Part shown: positions 30,264 through 39,613 of the stretch, piece after piece
Layout of the letters: every line of letters starts with the position of its first letter
Position numbering within the stretch: the stretch's first letter is position 1
Assembly (NCBI GenBank): GCA_963666345.1
Contig: OY762721.1
Span: 2,752,001-2,816,000 of the forward strand
DNA length: 64,000 bases
From: Desulfatiglandales bacterium
GTDB taxonomy: Bacteria > Desulfobacterota > DSM-4660 > Desulfatiglandales > Desulfatiglandaceae
Reading direction: 5' to 3'
Program-made: the position numbers and the translations under genes
Notes under the pieces: generated by a model
Databases searched by the model: none
What the model saw: the letters and a program-made list of their open reading frames with translations, nothing else
Told to the model about the DNA's origin: nothing

Positions 30264-32462
30264 ATGATAATAAAGAAAAGGAAAACGGCCTTTTCCTTTG
30301 TAACGGCGCTCATCATATCCTTTATCGCGGCAACTCCGTGTGCGGCCGGAGATGACGCCGTAAAAAAAATCCTGAGCGACAGTGCACCCTGGGAGATAAC
30401 AGCGGACAGCCTGACCTATAAGTCGGAAGACGGGGTATTCCTGGCCGAAGGAGATGTGGTTATCTCTCAAAAGGATCAGGTCCTGTATGCCCAAAAAGCC
30501 TTTTACAATGAAAGGACCGGGATGGCAAAGGTGTCAGGGGATGTGCGCCTTGAGGCGGCAGGTGATGTCCTTGAGGGTGAAAAAGGGGTTTTTGATCTCA
30601 AAAAGAGGACGGGAAGGATAGATAAGGGGCGGATCTTTCTGGTCAAAAACCATTTCTATATCAATGCCGATGTTATGGAAAAGATGGGTGAGGCCTCATA
30701 TCTGTTGAAGAATTGCACCGTGACCACATGTGACGGAGAAAACCCGGAATGGAGTATCTCAGGTTCCGAGGTAAAGGTGACGATAGAAGGGTACGGGACC
30801 GTGAAGAATGCCGCCTTCAACGTCATGGGGGTCCCCCTGATATATGTCCCCTATGCCATGTTCCCCGCCAAGACAAAACGGCAGACCGGCCTGCTGATCC
30901 CGGCGGTGGCTTACGGCAGCAGAAGGGGCGCCGAAGTGGACATCCCCTTTTTCTGGTCTATATCCGATCAGGTCGATGCAACCTTTTATCAGCATTACAT
31001 GAGCAAGAGGGGATATATGCAGGGGCTTGAGCTGAGGTACCTTGCCGATGAGAATTCAAGGGGGGAGTTGCTCTTCGACATACTGTCGGACAGAAAGGGA
31101 AAAAAGAACCTGAACGAATCCGACGAGGCCGCACTGAGCCCTTTTGAGAGGACAAACCGGACCAGGTACTGGCTCAGGGGCAAGTTGGATCAGGATATGC
31201 CCTTCGGCATAGACGCGAGGGTCGATGCCGATTATGTGAGCGATCAGGATTACCTGAGGGAATTCGGGCAGGAAGCGGGGGGGATGAGCGTACGGCCTGA
31301 TATCACCCGTAATTTCGGGCGATATGTCGATGACAGGTATTCCCCCACCAGGGTGTCCACTCTCAGATTGAGTAAAGACTGGGAGTCTTTAAGTGTCCAG
31401 GCCGCCTCAATCTACAACCAGCGGCCGGAGGATATACCCCTGGACGGAACGGCCCAACCTCTTGGCGCGTTGAATCTGGATCTTCTTCCCGTAATGACGG
31501 CCGGTCTGCCCATTTTTTTCGGGCTTGAATCGGACTACGGCTACATATGGAGGGATTCCGGGGAAAAGGGTGATCGCCTTTTCCTTTCTCCCGAGATGAG
31601 GATGCCTCTGCGGTTCGGCAGGTATATGGAATTTGAGTCCTCCTTTAAATACAGTCATGTTGAACAGTGGATTGACAAAAGCCCAGTTCAGGAGGACCGG
31701 CAGTCCAAAAAGGCATATGAGACTGGGGCAAGCCTTTGTGCAAGCTTCGACAGGATATATGAAACCAACTGGAAGAGGGCGACGCGCCTCAAACACAGGA
31801 TCCGTCCCGTTCTCAGTTACGGCTACAGGGTACCTCAGGATCAGAATGAATATCAGCCATGGTTTGAGCCGATAGAGGTGGAAGACAAGATCAATGCGGT
31901 CAGTTTCGCTATTGAAAACTTTCTTGATGCCCGTCTTGAAGATGAAAAAGGAAGCGTCTCTTATCGTCAATGGGCGCGTCTGAGCCTGAGCCAGGCATAC
32001 AGCCTGGACGAGACAAGGAGGGATGAGGACCCTTGGAGGGAAAAGGAGCCCTTCGAGCCTCTGACCGCGGAGGTTGCAGTCAAACCCACGCCGGAGCTTG
32101 ATTTAATCGGAAGCGCGGGATGGAATCATTATGCCCACGAGTTTACGCAGGCGGATCTTTCTGTTGGTCTTGCACTGCCGGGAAGGGGCTCAGGCATTCA
32201 TACCTTTGAACTCGATTATACCTATGAAAAGGATATGGAAGAAAGCCTGAGCCTGGCATTGGGTCTGGATTTAGGCAGGGGATTTTCCGTCGGGACCTCC
32301 CTGAGCAGGGAGATGGATGACAGTGAGGATATCTCCAGGACATACTGGACAGGCTATGACAGCCAGTGCTGGGGCGCAAGATTTATTGCCGAGAGAAGCG
32401 ATGAGGACACAAGTCTGATGGTCGTCATCAAACTCACCGGGCTCGGAGAAATAGGCTTCTAG
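30264..32462 (+). CDS. lptD: LPS-assembly protein LptD
   Basis: Signal peptide; OstA-like N-terminus (ITADSL), TTCD, RQTGLLIP, C-terminal barrel with QCWG. Confidence 0.85.
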   Translation: MIIKKRKTAFSFVTALIISFIAATPCAAGDDAVKKILSDSAPWEITADSLTYKSEDGVFLAEGDVVISQKDQVLYAQKAFYNERTGMAKVSGDVRLEAAGDVLEGEKGVFDLKKRTGRIDKGRIFLVKNHFYINADVMEKMGEASYLLKNCTVTTCDGENPEWSISGSEVKVTIEGYGTVKNAAFNVMGVPLIYVPYAMFPAKTKRQTGLLIPAVAYGSRRGAEVDIPFFWSISDQVDATFYQHYMSKRGYMQGLELRYLADENSRGELLFDILSDRKGKKNLNESDEAALSPFERTNRTRYWLRGKLDQDMPFGIDARVDADYVSDQDYLREFGQEAGGMSVRPDITRNFGRYVDDRYSPTRVSTLRLSKDWESLSVQAASIYNQRPEDIPLDGTAQPLGALNLDLLPVMTAGLPIFFGLESDYGYIWRDSGEKGDRLFLSPEMRMPLRFGRYMEFESSFKYSHVEQWIDKSPVQEDRQSKKAYETGASLCASFDRIYETNWKRATRLKHRIRPVLSYGYRVPQDQNEYQPWFEPIEVEDKINAVSFAIENFLDARLEDEKGSVSYRQWARLSLSQAYSLDETRRDEDPWREKEPFEPLTAEVAVKPTPELDLIGSAGWNHYAHEFTQADLSVGLALPGRGSGIHTFELDYTYEKDMEESLSLALGLDLGRGFSVGTSLSREMDDSEDISRTYWTGYDSQCWGARFIAERSDEDTSLMVVIKLTGLGEIGF

Positions 32463-32490
32463 AGAGCCTTTATCATAGACGATATACCGT

Positions 32491-33270
32491 TTATGTGAAA
32501 ACGATCAGGGCAAGCCCCGCCGCCCAGCAGTATGGGGCGAAATATGAAAGGTGCCCTTTTTTCACCATACCCATCAGGATGTTAAGCGCGAAAAATCCGA
32601 CCAGCGCCGAGGTAAAAAAACCGGTAACAAGTGCGGAAAGTCCCACCCTTGAAACGGCTTCCATGTCAAACTGAAGAACAAGCGCGCCTATGATCGCCGG
32701 TATGGAGAGAAGAAAGGAAAACCTGCCGGCAAGCTCCCTGTCAAGGCCTAGAAACAGGGCGCAGGCGATCGTGGCCCCTGATCGGGATATGCCCGGTATT
32801 ATGGCCAGCCCCTGTACGGTCCCTATGGCAAGCGCGTAAAGAACCCCAAAGGTCTTCCTTGATCCGTAGCCTGACGGAATCAGCCTGGTCGCCCCGATTA
32901 TCAGACCGGTCGTGATGAGCATGAACCCGACAAAATGAACCGAGGAGAAAAGTCTTTCGAGCGGGGTCATAAAGACCAGTCCTATTACGGCGGTTGGAAT
33001 CGAACCGACAATGATCCGGAAAAGAAGCGAGGTATGGTCGCTTTTGAAATCCTTTTTGCGTACCGCAGAGGTCATCTCGGACAGGTCACGGCGGAAATAG
33101 ATGATAACCGCCGTCAGGGTGCCCAGATGAAGCGAGATATCCAGCAGGATTTCAGGTTCACTGAATCCCATAAGATGCTGGAAAGCGACAAGGTGACCGG
33201 AACTGCTTATAGGAAGAAACTCGGTCAGCCCCTGGATTATTCCAAGAAAGACAGCGGCGATTTCAGACAT
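32491..33270 (-). CDS. uppP: undecaprenyl-diphosphate phosphatase
   Basis: GIIQGLTEFLPISSSGHL, PGISRSGAT, FSFLLSIP. Confidence 0.95.
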   Translation of the reverse strand: MSEIAAVFLGIIQGLTEFLPISSSGHLVAFQHLMGFSEPEILLDISLHLGTLTAVIIYFRRDLSEMTSAVRKKDFKSDHTSLLFRIIVGSIPTAVIGLVFMTPLERLFSSVHFVGFMLITTGLIIGATRLIPSGYGSRKTFGVLYALAIGTVQGLAIIPGISRSGATIACALFLGLDRELAGRFSFLLSIPAIIGALVLQFDMEAVSRVGLSALVTGFFTSALVGFFALNILMGMVKKGHLSYFAPYCWAAGLALIVFT

Positions 33271-33378
33271 GATGAATTTACCTTTTAAATCTGTGAGATA
33301 TCAGATGGCGCAGCAGATATGCAAGCTCAATCTTTATGGTCGGCCGTGCGGTTTGGCCGCTTCCCTCTTCTTATGTTT

Positions 33379-33916
33379 GGTTCTTCTCCAACTTAGTTGT
33401 CGAAGAGGGTCCAAGGAGTCAAGGGTTCCAGGAATCAAGGGTTTACTTTCAAGGGATTTGATTATCACTTTGAGCATTGCCCCGACATCCCCTGTTTTCC
33501 TTCTTAATTTTCAAAGCCTTTCTTCTTTCAAATAACCCAGGTAAGCTGATGTTATGTACCGGGTTTCCAGTTCACAGGCTGAACCTTATGCAATATAGAG
33601 AAATCTCACAGACTCTATAGCCGTTTTTTTCCCATACCCTTAGGCGGTATCCCTTGATACGAAAACAGCGGATCTTCTGATTCGGGAGGTAAAACAGTAT
33701 TGTTCATTTTCAAAAAAACGTTTCGTTTCTTTATACATATGCAAACAAGGTGTATGCGATTTTTTTCTTAACGGTTAACCGGCTATAATCTTTAAGCTTT
33801 TCACTCGACCCCTCGACCCCTTGAAACCGGGAACCCGCTGCGAAGCAGTGGGACTGAGCGAAGCGTAAGCGGAGCAAAGAAACCTTTATTTAGACCAACT
33901 CTTTTGGAGATGACCT
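33379..33916. mobile_element. non-autonomous transposable cassette (imperfect 21-bp TIRs, 8-bp target-site duplication) carrying a four-helix-bundle pseudogene
   Basis: Left end GGTTCTTCTCCAACTTAGTTG versus right end reverse complement AGGTCATCTCCAAAAGAGTTG (15/21 match); flanked by direct repeat TTATGTTT at 33371-33378 and 33917-33924; no transposase. Confidence 0.7.
33440..33800 (-). pseudogene. decayed four-helix-bundle (23S rRNA IVP / bAvd-like) protein gene
   Basis: Manual translation ..CLHMYKETKRFFENEQYCFTSRIRRSAVFVSRDTA*GYGKKT..RFLYIA*GSACELET..LGYL..L*..AMLKVIIKSLE; three stops, one frameshift, no start codon. Confidence 0.8.
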
Positions 33917-33957
33917 TTATGTTTTAACCTCTTGATTTCGGGGCGGGGTTACCTTGC

Positions 33958-33986
33958 TTGACAGTGCAGGGTCCTTCCAGTATATT
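33958..33986 (+). promoter_or_regulatory. sigma70 promoter of pfk
   Basis: TTGACA-N17-TATATT. Confidence 0.65.
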
Positions 33987-34029
33987 TTTTCTCCTGAGTC
34001 TTATAACCTAGAATACCCCGGAGGTATAA

Positions 34030-35133
34030 ATGAAAACAAAAGTGGGGGTCTTGTCTGCCGGCGGCGACTGCCCGGGAATAAACAGCGCCATTCGATGGCT
34101 GGTCTATTCTGCGATGGATAAAAGCCTTGTTCCCGAAAGGGGGATGATGTTTGAGGTGCTTGGAATCAGAGACGGGTGGAGGGGCCTGTGCGAGGTAAAA
34201 CCTGATAAAAAGGACAGCCTCAAGCGCTGGACTACGCCTCTGGACCCGGATATAGTCCGAACCTGGGACCGATACGGCGGAACAAGGTTGGGGACCAGCA
34301 GGGTAAATCCCTATAATCCGCAGAATGATAGATCGGAGCTGCTTATTCAGAACTTCAAGAAGCTGGGCCTGGATGCGCTGGTGGTGATAGGTGGCTTTGA
34401 CAGTATAGGCGTCTCCTACAAGCTGTTCAAGGAAGGAGTCAAACTGGTAGGTATCCCGAAGACCATAGACAGAAATCTGTCTGAAACGGACTATTCCCTG
34501 GGCTTTGATTCGGCACTTAACATAATAACGGATGACGTTGACAGAATAAGGATAACGGCCGGTTCACACAGCCGTATTTTTGTGGTTGAGTGCATGGGAA
34601 GAAACGCGGGTTGGTTGGCCCTGGAGGGTGGGGAGGCTACGGGGGCGGCTCTTATACTTATCCCGGAGCATGATTTCGTAGTCGAAAGGGTAATTGAATT
34701 ACTGAAACAGAGGAAGAAATCCGGAAAGAGATATTCGATAGTAATGGTCTCCGAGGGTGCGAAACCGAGGGGTATGGAAGAGATACGCGAAAAACGGGGC
34801 AGAGACGGCTTCGGTCATTACTATCTGGGGGGAGTGGGTGGCTTCCTGGCCGAGGAGATTCAAAGACATACCAATATGGAGGTACGATATGTCGCCTTGA
34901 GGCATCTCCAGAGGGGAGGGGCTCCAACCGCTTATGACCGCAGGATGGGTCGAAGATTCGGAATCGCCGCCATCGATATGATCGTAAATGAGGATTTCGG
35001 GCGTTTGGTAAGTCTCAAAAACGGTGAAATTACCAGTGTGCCGATGAAGAAGACCCTGGAGAGGCTGAAACTGGTTGATGTGGAAAAATATTACAATACC
35101 AGGGACTATAAGAGCCTCGATCGCATACTTTAG
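34030..35133 (+). CDS. pfkA: 6-phosphofructokinase family (group III / PPi-type residues, atypical active site)
   Basis: AGGDCPGIN, GGTRLGTSR, PKTID, ECMGRNAGW, HLQRGG. Confidence 0.85.
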   Translation: MKTKVGVLSAGGDCPGINSAIRWLVYSAMDKSLVPERGMMFEVLGIRDGWRGLCEVKPDKKDSLKRWTTPLDPDIVRTWDRYGGTRLGTSRVNPYNPQNDRSELLIQNFKKLGLDALVVIGGFDSIGVSYKLFKEGVKLVGIPKTIDRNLSETDYSLGFDSALNIITDDVDRIRITAGSHSRIFVVECMGRNAGWLALEGGEATGAALILIPEHDFVVERVIELLKQRKKSGKRYSIVMVSEGAKPRGMEEIREKRGRDGFGHYYLGGVGGFLAEEIQRHTNMEVRYVALRHLQRGGAPTAYDRRMGRRFGIAAIDMIVNEDFGRLVSLKNGEITSVPMKKTLERLKLVDVEKYYNTRDYKSLDRIL

Positions 35134-35137
35134 GGAT

Positions 35138-35749
35138 TTATTTGTTCAGAGGGATTCTGCTCTTCATCGCATGGGTAAGGGTCATGGGATCCGTGTATTT
35201 CAGATCGCCCCCCATGGGCACTCCAAGGGCTATCCTTGTTACCTTTATGCTCCCATGCCTTTCCGATATAAGACTTGCCAGAAACGAGGCGGTGGCTTCA
35301 CCCTCAGTGGTGGGGTTGGTCGCCAGTATGACCTCCCGGATGTTTTCCCTCTTTAATCTGGAAAGAAGTTCCCCTATCTTTAGATCTCCGGGCCCTACCC
35401 CGTCAAGGGGTGAGAGGGCACCATGCAAAATGTGATACCGGCCCCTGAATATGCCTGATTCCTCTATCGCCAGTTGATCACCCGGTCCCTCTACAACGCA
35501 GATCGTTCCGTCGGCGCGTGATTCATCTTCGCAGATGGAGCAGGGGTCCCGGTCGGTCAGGTTAAAGCAGATGGAACAGAACTTTATGCTTTCTTTTACA
35601 TCCATGAGGCTTTCAGCAAGATTTTCCGCAAGCTCTCTTTTACTTCTGAGTATATGGAGGGCGATTCTGGCGGCCGATTTCTGGCCTATTCCCGGGAGCC
35701 TTGAAAGGGCTTTTATGAGCTTTTCCAGGGAAGGAGGATATATTCCCAT
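35138..35749 (-). CDS. recR: recombination mediator RecR
   Basis: LPGIGQKSA, C4 zinc finger, Toprim ATNPTTEGEATA. Confidence 0.95.
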   Translation of the reverse strand: MGIYPPSLEKLIKALSRLPGIGQKSAARIALHILRSKRELAENLAESLMDVKESIKFCSICFNLTDRDPCSICEDESRADGTICVVEGPGDQLAIEESGIFRGRYHILHGALSPLDGVGPGDLKIGELLSRLKRENIREVILATNPTTEGEATASFLASLISERHGSIKVTRIALGVPMGGDLKYTDPMTLTHAMKSRIPLNK

Positions 35750-35910
35750 AAGATATTCCTGTGGGTTAAGGAAGAACCTTAACAAAAAGATTGAATTGCA
35801 AGATCTGCCCGGCAAAAGTTCCGGAGTCTTTTTAGCGCTCTTGATTTAACTGCTTAAACGGGTACTGCGGTTTCCGTCCAGAAACGGTCCTGTTGCCGGG
35901 CCTTATGAAT

Positions 35911-36240
35911 CTAGAAAAGACCCGGAAGACCTGGGATATTCATGCCTTTTGTCAGTTCTCCCATCCCATCGTTCATCATTTCCTTGGCCTTTGACATTGC
36001 GTCATTAACTGCCGCTATTATCAGATCCTGAAGCATTTCCGAATCACCGGGGTCTATGACCTCATTATCGATACTGAGGGATAATAACTCCTGTTTGCCG
36101 TTGACCACTACCGTTACCATGCCTCCGCCGGATGATGCCTCTACGGTCTTATCTCCAAGCTCCTCCTGTAATTTGGCCATTTTTGTCTGGAACTGCTGGG
36201 CCTGTTTCATCAGTTGACCCATATTGGGTATCCCCTTCAT
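35911..36240 (-). CDS. ybaB: YbaB/EbfC nucleoid-associated protein
   Basis: MKQAQQ, SGGGMV, MLQDLIIAAVNDA; lies between dnaX and recR. Confidence 0.95.
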   Translation of the reverse strand: MKGIPNMGQLMKQAQQFQTKMAKLQEELGDKTVEASSGGGMVTVVVNGKQELLSLSIDNEVIDPGDSEMLQDLIIAAVNDAMSKAKEMMNDGMGELTKGMNIPGLPGLF

Positions 36241-36299
36241 TATGCTACCTCCGGATTAATCTTTTTCATTTATCAAGACGCTATCTTCCCTTTCAGGAC

Positions 36300-37931
36300 C
36301 TATTTCTCATCCAGGATCTTGCCCTGAAAGACATCCAGTACCTCTTTTACCGGATCGGGAAGAGTCGAATTGTCTTTCCGTTTTCTTATTTCCGTTTGCG
36401 TTTTCGGTTTATTATCGTGATCAGAAACGGATCTGCTGTTTCGTCTGATTATTATCTTGATCCGTTCATTGAAAAATTGTCTGCAAAGGCTGCAGAACTG
36501 ATCATACGTATCTTTATCATCAAAATAATCGGAAGAAAATGATTTTGTTCCATTGTTTATTTCCAGGTGCCCCTCCTCCAGGCCGATCAGTTCCCAGTCC
36601 TTAAGCACACTGTACATCAATCTGTTTTTGGATGAGAGAAAGTCCAGAAAATCCTCCCATCCCTTTTCAGGAAATGCGGGGGGGGGGTCCGCTTTGATGT
36701 CACTTTTTTCATCCCCGGTTGTTCGTTCATCAACATCAGGTGCCGGGTCATGTCTTACCTCTTGAGGTTTAATATCTACCGGGGTGCCGGCCAGTCTCTT
36801 TTCAAGGGCTTCGATCTTTTCTATCAGTTCCTGAAAGGAAAGATGATCACCAACCCGGCAGAGCCTTATCATGGTTGTCTCAAGATAGAGGCGGGGATTG
36901 GATGAAAATTTCAGCGCCTCTTCCCTTGCTATCATCAAATCCAGGAGCATGTGAAGTTTCGATGTACCGGCCCCTTTTGCCAGATCGATTATTTCATCCT
37001 TGTCAGGACCTATGAAATCGACGAGATAATCTTCAGGTGTCAGCAGGCAGACAAGGAGATCCCTTAATTGTTCCATGAGATTGTGGTAGAACGTCCTTGT
37101 GTCATATCCATAGGTATAGATCCTGTCAATAAGTTCAAGGCACCTCTTTGCCGAGCCGTCTATTAGGGCACGGCATGCGTCAAGTATCACGCCCCTGTCG
37201 ATTATTCCCAGTATCTCGGTTACATCTTTTTCACTGACCCGGTTTCCACTGAACGAGACTACCTGGTCAAGGAGGCTTTCGGCATCCCTCATGCTCCCTT
37301 CCGATTCCCGCGCGATAAGCGCCAGGGAAGACCTGGGAATTTCGAGATCCTCTTTCAGGGTTATCTTTTCAAGGTGCTCAATGATTCTGGCAGGAGTGAT
37401 TCTCTTGAAGTCAAATCGTTGACAGCGCGACAGGATCGTAACAGGCACCTTATGGGCTTCGGTCGTGGCAAAAATAAATTTCACATGCTCCGGGGGTTCT
37501 TCAAGTGTCTTGAGGAGCGCGTTAAAGGCGGCGAGGGTCAGCATATGGACTTCATCGATTATATAAACCCTGTATGGGCTGCTTGAGGGGGTGTATCTTA
37601 TACCCTCCCTCAATTCTCTGATCTCATCTATGCCGCGGTTTGAGGCGCCGTCTATTTCCTGGACATCCATGGATGAGCCCCTGGTAATTTCAATACATGA
37701 AGGGCACTTGTTGCATGGGGCCCCGGGTTCACCCTGTGTGCAGTTTATCGATTTGGCCAGTATACGGGCAACGGAGGTCTTACCCACCCCCCTTGGTCCG
37801 CTGAACAGATAGGCATGTGCAAGCCTGTTGCTTTTAATGGCGTTTATCAACGTTTTTGTAATGTGTTCCTGCCCGATGACATCCTCGAATCTCTGAGGGC
37901 GCCACTTTCTGGCCAATACTTCATATGACAT
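36300..37931 (-). CDS. dnaX: DNA polymerase III subunit gamma/tau
   Basis: LARKWRP, GPRGVGKT, DEVHML, LKTLEEPP, SRCQRF. Confidence 0.97.
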   Translation of the reverse strand: MSYEVLARKWRPQRFEDVIGQEHITKTLINAIKSNRLAHAYLFSGPRGVGKTSVARILAKSINCTQGEPGAPCNKCPSCIEITRGSSMDVQEIDGASNRGIDEIRELREGIRYTPSSSPYRVYIIDEVHMLTLAAFNALLKTLEEPPEHVKFIFATTEAHKVPVTILSRCQRFDFKRITPARIIEHLEKITLKEDLEIPRSSLALIARESEGSMRDAESLLDQVVSFSGNRVSEKDVTEILGIIDRGVILDACRALIDGSAKRCLELIDRIYTYGYDTRTFYHNLMEQLRDLLVCLLTPEDYLVDFIGPDKDEIIDLAKGAGTSKLHMLLDLMIAREEALKFSSNPRLYLETTMIRLCRVGDHLSFQELIEKIEALEKRLAGTPVDIKPQEVRHDPAPDVDERTTGDEKSDIKADPPPAFPEKGWEDFLDFLSSKNRLMYSVLKDWELIGLEEGHLEINNGTKSFSSDYFDDKDTYDQFCSLCRQFFNERIKIIIRRNSRSVSDHDNKPKTQTEIRKRKDNSTLPDPVKEVLDVFQGKILDEK

Positions 37932-38173
37932 GACAGACCTGCATCTGTTTATTTTATTTCGGAAAACCTGGTCTTCCGAGCAAGGCAGGGAAAACGGTCC
38001 TGCAAAGGATAATGATCCCAGCTAAAAGGTATGGACGGATCATCAAAAAAATATCGCGCGTAACAGTGAAACCGCCAAAAAGGTCCTAATAACCGGCGGC
38101 CGGAAGTCTTTTCAGGTGGATCCTGAGAATATGGAAGGGCGCCTTGGCGAAAAAACAGCAGGTCGGCAATTAA

Positions 38174-38268
38174 TGGCGGAGAGAGAGGGATTCGAACCCT
38201 CGGTGCCGCTTTGTAACAGCACACGCGATTTCCAGTCGCGCTCCTTCAGCCAGCTCGGACATCTCTCC
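38174..38268 (-). tRNA. tRNA-Ser(GGA)
   Basis: GGAGAGA acceptor stem, anticodon loop CT-GGA-AA, long variable arm, GGTTCGAATCC, CCA end. Confidence 0.95.
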
Positions 38269-38340
38269 TTTATTTAATTCCTAATCACCCCGCCTTTTTG
38301 ACAAAAAGATAAATCAGGAGGCCTGGTATCCCAAAACCCT

Positions 38341-38436
38341 TGGCGGAGAGGGTGGGATTCGAACCCACGTGCCCCGCTATTCACGGGACAAATCGATTTC
38401 GAGTCGATCCCGTTACGACCACTTCGGTACCTCTCC
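38341..38436 (-). tRNA. tRNA-Ser(CGA)
   Basis: GGAGAGG acceptor stem, anticodon loop CT-CGA-AA, long variable arm, GGTTCGAATCC, CCA end. Confidence 0.95.
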
Positions 38437-38916
38437 ATGGGTTATTTCTCTGTTTTGAACCTCCCTGCGGCCTTTGAAAAATATCTTCATCAAGGCCCTG
38501 CACTGCTCTTCCAGAATTCCCCCTGTCACCTCGATTCTGTGATTCAGGCGGGCATCTGCAGCAAGATTAAAAATAGAGCCTGCAGCACCCCCTTTGGGAT
38601 CAGAGGCACCGAAAACCAATCGGGAAACCCTGGCGTTGAGAGCCGCACCCATGCACATAAGGCAGGGTTCTATTGTAACAACTAAAACAGATCCGGTCAG
38701 CCTGTAGTTGTTATACAAAAGAGATGCCCGTCTCATGGCGAGGATTTCAGCATGTGCCGTGGGGTCGTTTAACGCAATAGGTTGATTATGCCCCCTTGAG
38801 ACTATTCGGCCCTCCGGATCAATGATAACGGCACCCACGGGAACCTCGCCTTCGGATAAGGCCTTCTCCGCCTCTTTAAGCGCCTGCCTCATTGAATGGT
38901 AAAGATCAAATTTCAT
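38413..38916 (-). CDS. tadA: tRNA adenosine(34) deaminase
   Basis: GEVPVGAV, DPTAHAE, NYRL, EPCLMC. Confidence 0.95.
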   Translation of the reverse strand: MKFDLYHSMRQALKEAEKALSEGEVPVGAVIIDPEGRIVSRGHNQPIALNDPTAHAEILAMRRASLLYNNYRLTGSVLVVTIEPCLMCMGAALNARVSRLVFGASDPKGGAAGSIFNLAADARLNHRIEVTGGILEEQCRALMKIFFKGRREVQNREITHGEVPKWS

Positions 38917-39304
38917 TTACGCATTACTATCACATTTATTTTTCTAACGTCAACACGATAGTTATCAACCGGATCGGTATAATGGCATAATCAGTTTTAT
39001 GAAGCGGTTCTGCTCGAATTTATCCTGAAACAAAGGGTTAAAGGGTTACGATCGAAATGAGCTTGCCCTTAGGATGAGGGAGTCCTATAATTTATTATAG
39101 AAACGGTTCTGAAACTCTGGCTGGGGAAAAGGCGCATGTTGAAACCCCGTATAACAGTCTTGTTTAAGCTGTAAACCAATGCCCTGTGTCGTGGCCCGGG
39201 CTTTACATCTTTTCATGGAAGGTCACATGAAACTGCAGGCTGTCTCGCGTCCGTACCGCCTTTAAACGGGGGGAACCTGCCGTGAAATGAAGAGAGAAGG
39301 ATTT

Positions 39305-39604
39305 ATGTCTGGCTGGATGGAATTTGTAAGCGAAGAAGAGGTCAAGAGGGAAAAAGAGAAGGCAAGAAGGCTGAGAAAGTCGAACTGGTGGAACAGCCGG
39401 ATAGAACCTGGAGTATGCTATTACTGCAATAGTAACGTTGGGAGGGAAAATCTTACAATGGATCATGTCGTGCCTCTCAGCCGGGGAGGAAAAAGCAAAA
39501 AGGGAAATATCGTGCCGGCCTGTAAGGAATGTAACAGCAAAAAAAAGTATCTTCTTCCTCTGGAATGGGAGGAGTACCTGGCAGGGCTGAAGGAGAAATC
39601 CTGA
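39305..39604 (+). CDS. small stand-alone HNH endonuclease
   Basis: CYYC, LTMDHVVPLSRGG, N...ACKECN. Confidence 0.9.
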   Translation: MSGWMEFVSEEEVKREKEKARRLRKSNWWNSRIEPGVCYYCNSNVGRENLTMDHVVPLSRGGKSKKGNIVPACKECNSKKKYLLPLEWEEYLAGLKEKS

Positions 39605-39613
39605 GTGCCTTGA

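Noticed and set aside
33379..33916. Diversity-generating retroelement suggested by the Avd-like gene
   Set aside because: No reverse transcriptase and no TR/VR repeat pair seen in the window
37932..38173. SRP RNA (ffs), often found between tRNA-Ser and dnaX
   Set aside because: I could not find the conserved CAGG-GRAA-AGCAG domain IV motif on either strand
39305..39604. HNH nuclease as a defence or mobile system
   Set aside because: Stand-alone ~99-aa HNH among housekeeping genes, with no partner genes or element ends
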